From assembly GCA_951406725.2 (NCBI GenBank), contig OX597835.1:7006001-7070000 (forward strand): a stretch of DNA of 64,000 bases, in the 5' to 3' direction. This document shows, piece after piece, positions 57,153-64,000 of this stretch; the stretch's first letter is position 1, and each line of letters starts with the position of its first letter. Origin of the DNA: Octopus vulgaris. Lineage: Eukaryota. Below the pieces are notes generated by a model. That model was not told the DNA's origin. It saw only the letters and a program-made list of their open reading frames with translations, and ran no database searches. The translations under genes were made by a program, and so were the position numbers.

Positions 57153-58867
57153 TATATGTAATAATTAAAATATATATTATGATTGATTCTAGTTTCAGCT
57201 CATGAGCTGTGGCCATGCTGGGGCACCGCCATTTATGCATACTTATGTTGTTCTACTACACGCTTGATCATTCGATCTGTGGAAAACTTATGTTGCATGA
57301 AAGCGGTCCGTGGTCCAAAAATGTTTTGGGACCGCTGAATTAAGGGGCTATATTCCGTTTTTTACAAAAATTTACATTCTGTTTCAACACGAGAAATCAA
57401 TATATAAATATACTTTTGAATTACAATTATTTCCAAATAAGGTCATTCAAGTTTCGTTTGTTTGAACGTCAAATCACTTATATGTAATTATTGACGAATC
57501 CAACAGTTCAAACTTCAGACGTTGAAAGCCATACTAAAACATTCCAGTCAATAAATCGTCGAATTTGGATGTTGGAGCATTGTAAATCAATCGATAGACA
57601 CAGGGATTCGATTATTTTTTTAACTTTCAGAATCGATATTTTACCTAATGCACCCAATATCAGATTTTCTTACTATCTTGAAATATATATTGTGTAGTTT
57701 TTATCTGATAGTTTACCTGCATTTTAATAAAAATATTTTACTCAACAAATGGAATATCGCTTTTTTTTTACAGCACGGAAGACATATTTGTTTTTTTGTA
57801 TTTTTTTTTGTAAGAAAACGAATCACAAAAATTACAGTCGTCTACAATGCAGGTTGAGAGGTTGTTATTGTATCTAACACTACAGCCCGTTAGATACTTC
57901 ATTAAAAATTGATTGTATGATGATCGATAAACCACTGGTGTCTCTTAATCGAGTACAACCATGCGATGTGTTGTCACACACAAGGGTTGGCTGACGGCAG
58001 TCGTAGAGGGGTGCCGGTAGCTGGAGAATGAGATGACCGTGCGTAGCATTTGGGGAGCTGGTGATTTGGCGCGGTGGACTGGAGATTGGTCCCAGTGCAC
58101 AAGTGTTACTTATTTCATCGATCCTGGAACGATAACTGGCAAAGTGGAGCTCGACTGTATTTGAACTAAGAACGTAAAAATGAACAAAATGTCGCTAAAT
58201 AGCAAATGACATGGAATTAAACTAATTTAAAAATTTGCCTTTTTTTTAACACCCTAAAATATAACGTATTTTTGATTATCAGACTAAAGAGAACCAATCA
58301 CATTTTTTAATGAATCCGTGTTTTATTTTCTTACTTCTTTTTCTCTCTCAACCGATCTAGTTTTTCACCTGTCGCTATATAGATTATTTTGATAAATGAA
58401 TAATTACGATGTTTCTAAAGCTTGCAAACCATGAAAATAAATACTGAGACATACAAATGCATATTTTAGTATCTTATTTTTGTCTGAGTGTTCAGTAAAG
58501 CAAATAAATTCGGAATTGTTTTTGTACACTAAGTCGATTTGTCTTCCAAATTAATGCACGTATTGTTTCCATGTATTTCCTTTTCACTGTCTCCGGTTGG
58601 CTAAAACATAATTTGCAGCTGCCGCCATTTTTGCTGCTTTCATTGTTTTTTCTTGTTTTTGCTATTGTCATTTTTGTTGTAGTTGTTATTGTTGATGTTG
58701 CTGCTGCTGCTGATAATGGGTAGTCACCATCAAACTTGCGTGATTTAATGAGTGTTTCGAAGATATTCCATTCCAGGTACTCACATCGATTATTGTATGT
58801 CAGCAAATGCGCTGGCAGTGTGAATTGAATAGAGTACTGAAGCAGAATATATGCAGTCTACCTCTCG

Positions 58868-59166
<299 letters not shown>

Positions 59167-60103
59167 TATTCTGTCTGTCCGTCTGTCTAGCTCTCTATAT
59201 CTCTCTTTTTCTGTCCAATTATAGATAAATAGACAGATACATAGACAGATACATAGATAGACAGAGATAGACATACATACATACATACATACAGACAGAT
59301 AAAGAGATAGATAGATAGTAGAAGACACTTTCCCAAGGTGCCACGCAGTGGGACTGAACCCGGAACCATGTGGTTGGTAAGCAAGCTACGACATCCATAT
59401 TCTATGGGCCATAATGCAAAGTCCACAGTAGCTTTAACTATCAAATCTTTTACTAAATAGGAAGAGTATCTTGTTTTCTACTCCCGAATAAATTAGCAAA
59501 AATTACGTATCAGTCGTCAGTGAAGGGCGTAATAAAATTTAACAGTGTTAATTTTCTATAGCAGTAAAACTAACCGGTACTCCGTCGCTTCGATGATGAG
59601 CGCTCTAGTTGATCCGATCAACGGAACATCCTGCTCGTGAAATTAACATGTAAGTGGCTGAGTACTCCATAGACACGCATAACTCTTAATACAGTTCTCA
59701 GTGAGATTCAGCATGAGAGAGAATGGGACAAGGCTCGCTGTTTGAATTACAGATACAACTCGTTTTTGTCAGCTGAGTGGACTGGGGCTACGTGAAATAA
59801 ATTGTCTTGCTGAAGGAACAACGCTCCAACGAGAATCGAAGTAACAGCCTTACGATCATGAGTCGAATACCTATAACCACTAGCCCTCACGCCTTCATTA
59901 TACTGCAGTAAGAAGGCGGCGAGCTGGCAGAGTGGTTAACACGCCGAGCGAAATACTTCCATCCTTTCGGGGTCGATAAATTAAGTACCAGTTACGCACT
60001 GGGGTTGATTAATCCGTTTGTCTGTCCTTGTTTGTCCTCTCTGTGTTTGGCCCCTTGTGGGTAGTAAAGAAATAGGTATTTCGTCAGTCTTTACATTCTG
60101 AGT

Positions 60104-60471
60104 GTGGAGGCGCAATGGCCAAGTAGTTAGAGCAGCGGACTCGCGGTCATAGGATCGCGGTTTCGATTTCCAGACCGGGCGTTGTGAGTGTTTGTTGAGC
60201 TCCACGAGGCTCCGGCAGGGGATGATGGCGAACCCTGCTGTACTCTTTCACCACACCTTTCTCTCACTCTTTCTACCTGTTTCTGTGGTACCTGTATTTC
60301 AAAGGCCAGCCTTGTCACACTCTGTGTCATGCTGAATCTCTCCGAGAACTACGTTCAGGGTACACGTGTCTGTGGAGTGCTCAGCCACTTGCACATTAAT
60401 TTCACGAGCAGGCTGTTCCGTTGATCGGATCAACTGGACCTCTGGTCATCGTTAGCGACGGATTGGCAGCA
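60104..60471 (+). mobile_element. SINE family C nested in a family A SINE (about 59914-60620)
   Basis: TSD ac(a/g)ttctgagt at 60093-60103 and 60472-60482. The host SINE resumes after the insertion. Confidence 0.85.
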
Positions 60472-60629
60472 ACGTTCTGAGTTCAAATTCTGCCCAGGTC
60501 GACTTTGCCTTTCATCATTTTGGGGTCGATAAATTAAGTACCAGCCGCTAACTAGGATCGATGTAATCGACGGGCCCCTCTTAAAAAACTTCGGCCCTTG
60601 TGCCTAGAGTAGAAAAGAGTATTCTTTTT

Positions 60630-60926
60630 TTCGCCCTTTTCAAGCATAGCCAGTCTCATGGGCCTGGTTTCCCGGTTTCTGTGGCGTATGTGTTCCCCTC
60701 AGCTGTACGGGACGCCAGTCCATCGCAGCTTTACTCAAGAAACAGGAAGAGAGAGTGAGAGAAAGTTGTTGCGAAAGAGTACTACAGGGGTCGCTACCCG
60801 AGCCCCTGCCGGAGCTTTTAGGTGTTTTCGCTCAATAAACACACACAACGCCCGGTCTGGGAATCGAAACGGCGATCCTCCGACCGAGAGTCCGCTGCCC
60901 TAACCACTGGGCCATTGCGCCTCCAC
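60630..60926 (-). mobile_element. SINE family C head with an alternative 3' tail
   Basis: Head as in 10266-10649, tail as in 2880-3201. Confidence 0.75.
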
Positions 60927-60991
60927 GAAGAGAGTATTGGATAGAATAAAGTCTTCCAAATAGGTTTCCTGCCACTTGGTACATAAATAAA

Positions 60992-61212
60992 AGGCGGCGA
61001 GCTGGCAGAAACGTTAGCACGCCGGGCGAAATGCTTAGCAGTATTTCGCCTTTCGCTACGTTCTGAGTTCAAATTCCGCCAAGGTCGACTTTGGCTTTCA
61101 TTCTTTCGGGGTCGATTAAATAAGTACCAGTTACACACTGGGGTCGATATAATCGACTTAATCCGTTTTCTGTCCTCGTTTGTCTTCTCGGTGTGGGTAA
61201 TAAAGAAATAGG
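60992..61212 (+). mobile_element. SINE family A monomer
   Basis: Colinear with the first half of 46298-46700. Confidence 0.85.
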
Positions 61213-61683
61213 TACATAAATAATGGTATCTACAACATAAATAATAGTACCTAGTCATTAACATTAAAGTAATAACAGATTGTCAAACAGAAATAGAAAC
61301 CACACGTCAAAACACAAACATACGCAAGAGCGTACGATAAATAATAGACGGCGGGTTTCAGAATAATATTGATGTGGTTTCCAATCGAATACATCACAAC
61401 AAATTGAAACTATTTCAACCATTATTTTTGCTCGCTAAATATTCAACTGTCTCATTAGCGTGTCTATGAGTGTGCTCACTCACTGAATGGAAATGCCAAG
61501 TGCACTTCCATTCAGCAAAAAACTGTTTTCGCAATATAAATTCCATTTACGTTTGTCGAAGCAAGGTTTTATGAAAGAAAAAACGAATTCTTTACAATGC
61601 TACTAATTGACCTCAACCGCAAACATAGACAGACAAACAAGAATCTTGGCCCGCATTTCTTTGTTTATTCCTTATAAACAATA

Positions 61684-62355
61684 TATTCTTTTCTACTCTA
61701 GGCACAAGGCCGGACATTTTTGAGAAAATGGACAGTTGATTCGATCGACCCCAGTACGCAACTAGTACTTAATTTATCGACCCCGAAAGGATGAAAGTCA
61801 AAGTCTACCTCGGAGGATTTCAACTCAGAACGTAATGGCAGATGTTCGAATATTCTATTCTACTGTAAGCACAATGCCCGAAAGTTTTGGGGAGGTGGCC
61901 AGTCGATTGGACCGACCCCAGTACGCAACTGGTAATTAATATATTGACCCCGAAAGGATGAAATTCAAAGTCGACCTCGGAGGATTTGAACTCAGAACGT
62001 AATGGCAGATGTTCGAATATTCTATTCTACTGTAAGCACAATGCCCGAAAGTTTTGGGGAGGTGGCCAGTCGATTGGACCGACCCCAGTACGCAACTGGT
62101 AATTAATATATTGACCCCGAAATGACGAATGGTAAAGTCGACCTCGGAGGATTTCAACTCAGAACGTAATGGCAGACGTTCGAATATTCTTTTCTACTGT
62201 AGACACAAAGCCCGAAAGTTTCGGGGAGGTGGCCAGTCGATTGGACCGACCCCAGTACGCAACTGGTAATTAATATATCGACACCGAAATGACGAATGGT
62301 AAAGTCGACCTCGGCGGATTTGAACTCAGAACGTAATGGCAGATGTTCGAATATT
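61684..62355 (-). repeat. 4 x 167-bp tandem array derived from the 3' module of SINE family A
   Basis: Units start at 61684, 61851, 62018 and 62185. aactcagaacgtaatggcaga recurs at 61822, 61989, 62156 and 62323. Confidence 0.92.
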
Positions 62356-62516
62356 AATATATTGACAAGAGCAAGGCGGTGAGCTGATAGAACTCTTAAA
62401 ATGCCGGGCAAATAGCCCTGCGGCATTGCGTCCGTTGTTACCCTTCTCTCGAGATCGATAAAATATGTATTAGTTGAACACTGGGGGGCAGATGTGATCG
62501 ACTTACTCCTAACATT

Positions 62517-62930
62517 ACTCTTTCTCTCTTTTACTCTTTTACTTGCTTCAGTCATTTGACTGCGGCCATGCTGGAGCACCGCCTTTAATCGAGCAACTCG
62601 ACCCCGGGACTTATTCTTTTTGTAAGCCCAGTACTTATTCTATCGTTCTCTTTTTGCCGAACCGCTAAGTGACGGGGACCTAAGCACACCAGCATCGGTT
62701 GTCAAGCAATGCTAGGGGAACAAACACAGACACACAAACACACACACATACATATATATATATACATATATACGACAGGCTTCTTTCAGTTTCCGTCTAC
62801 CAAATCCACTCACAAGGCTTTGGTCGGCCCGGGGCTATAACAGAAGACACTTGCCCAAGATGCCACGCAGTGGGACTGAACCCGGAACCATGTGGCTGGT
62901 TAGCAAGCTACTTACCACACAGCCACTCCT
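62517..62930 (-). mobile_element. tRNA-like SINE, family B, with 13-bp TSD, nested in an older family A copy
   Basis: tactcctaacatt at 62504-62516 and 62930-62942. Confidence 0.9.
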
Positions 62931-63455
62931 ACTCCTAACATTGTGTCAAAATTTGAAACCAATTTATTGAAAAAGACGGCACGTAGGCAGCACATTTTGT
63001 GTTCAAATAACGTCGAGGTGACCATTGTTATTCGTCTTTCAGCATTGATAAATCAAAGTACCTGTCATATAATGGTGTCGATCAATATAAAATTATTTGA
63101 CATTGTACCAAATTTGAAGCAATTGATTGAATGAGAAATGCGGCGAGCGGGTGGACTAGTTAGCGAATCAAGCACTATGACTGGCGGCTTTCTTACGGCT
63201 CTTAACACCCCGAGTTCAAATTCCGCTGGGTCAACTTTAACCTTCATCCTTTCGGAAGATGCCAGTTGAGCGCTGGAGGCGATGCAATCGATTTCCTCAC
63301 TCCCCACAAAATTGCTGGCCTCGAACTAAAATTAGAATGCAAGTTATATTTGTGGTCAAATATGTTTACCGAAGGAAGAAATATATTTTGTTAACGTTAT
63401 TTATTTTTTCATAATATTATCTCAACGGGCAGATGGTTGTGATACACAAACACTT

Positions 63456-63582
<127 letters not shown>

Positions 63583-63907
63583 CGTTGCATTCAATCATCC
63601 ATACACACACATATATGTACGTATGTATCAAAATACGATATTGGAATTTTCGTTTTGTTGCTTATTATTTATTCCCCATAATACATGTTTATTTGTAGAA
63701 TATACATATGAGAATCTACTGGAAATTCAACAGAGAATCAATCTTCCAGTTTCATTCGTAATAACTCTACAAGCACCATTTTCCAGTATTTTCCAACTCC
63801 TACACACGCCTCATGCAAAATATATAACATTTACGTATAATTTGATGGTACTGGAATATGCAGATATTCTTCATGAGGATACAACTTCGATAATAACCCT
63901 ATCTACA

Positions 63908-63950
<43 letters not shown>

Positions 63951-64000
63951 ACGTGACATTATATCACATGTACAGCCACGATTTTAATTCAGTATTTATC

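Noticed and set aside
58785-58836. Candidate upstream exon on the minus strand (cttcag...gtgagt, YSIQFTLPAHLLTYNNR)
   Set aside because: No resemblance to guanylyl cyclase extracellular motifs. The only open frame ends in phase 1, which does not fit the phase-0 acceptor at 43133.
61684-62355. CRISPR-like regular repeat spacing
   Set aside because: Whole units are repeated with no unique spacers. The context is eukaryotic and SINE-derived, with no cas genes.

Overview
AT-rich, microsatellite-dense animal genomic DNA. The repeat families suggest a coleoid cephalopod, most likely Octopus (inference). The only host coding sequence I can support is six minus-strand exons (43028-43133, 30836-30914, 20300-20402, 19065-19220, 3708-3812, 1993-2064). 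They splice with GT-AG ends and matching phases into a 207-aa piece of a receptor (membrane) guanylyl cyclase: end of the extracellular domain, transmembrane helix, and N-terminal part of the kinase-homology domain. The gene continues beyond both window ends. The introns hold at least four tRNA-like SINE families, two young RTE-like LINE 3' ends, Dong/R4, CR1-like and other LINE relics, a mariner-type transposase fragment, two MITEs and a 4 x 167-bp SINE-derived tandem array. The most notable non-obvious signal is a set of hammerhead-ribozyme motifs in short Penelope-like elements, several beside (TA)n tracts. One has a fully intact core (16985-17068, +). Two form an inverted pair inside a foldback element (34172-34390). 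Several others are decayed, often at CpG sites. Most long ORFs in the supplied track are microsatellite artefacts.
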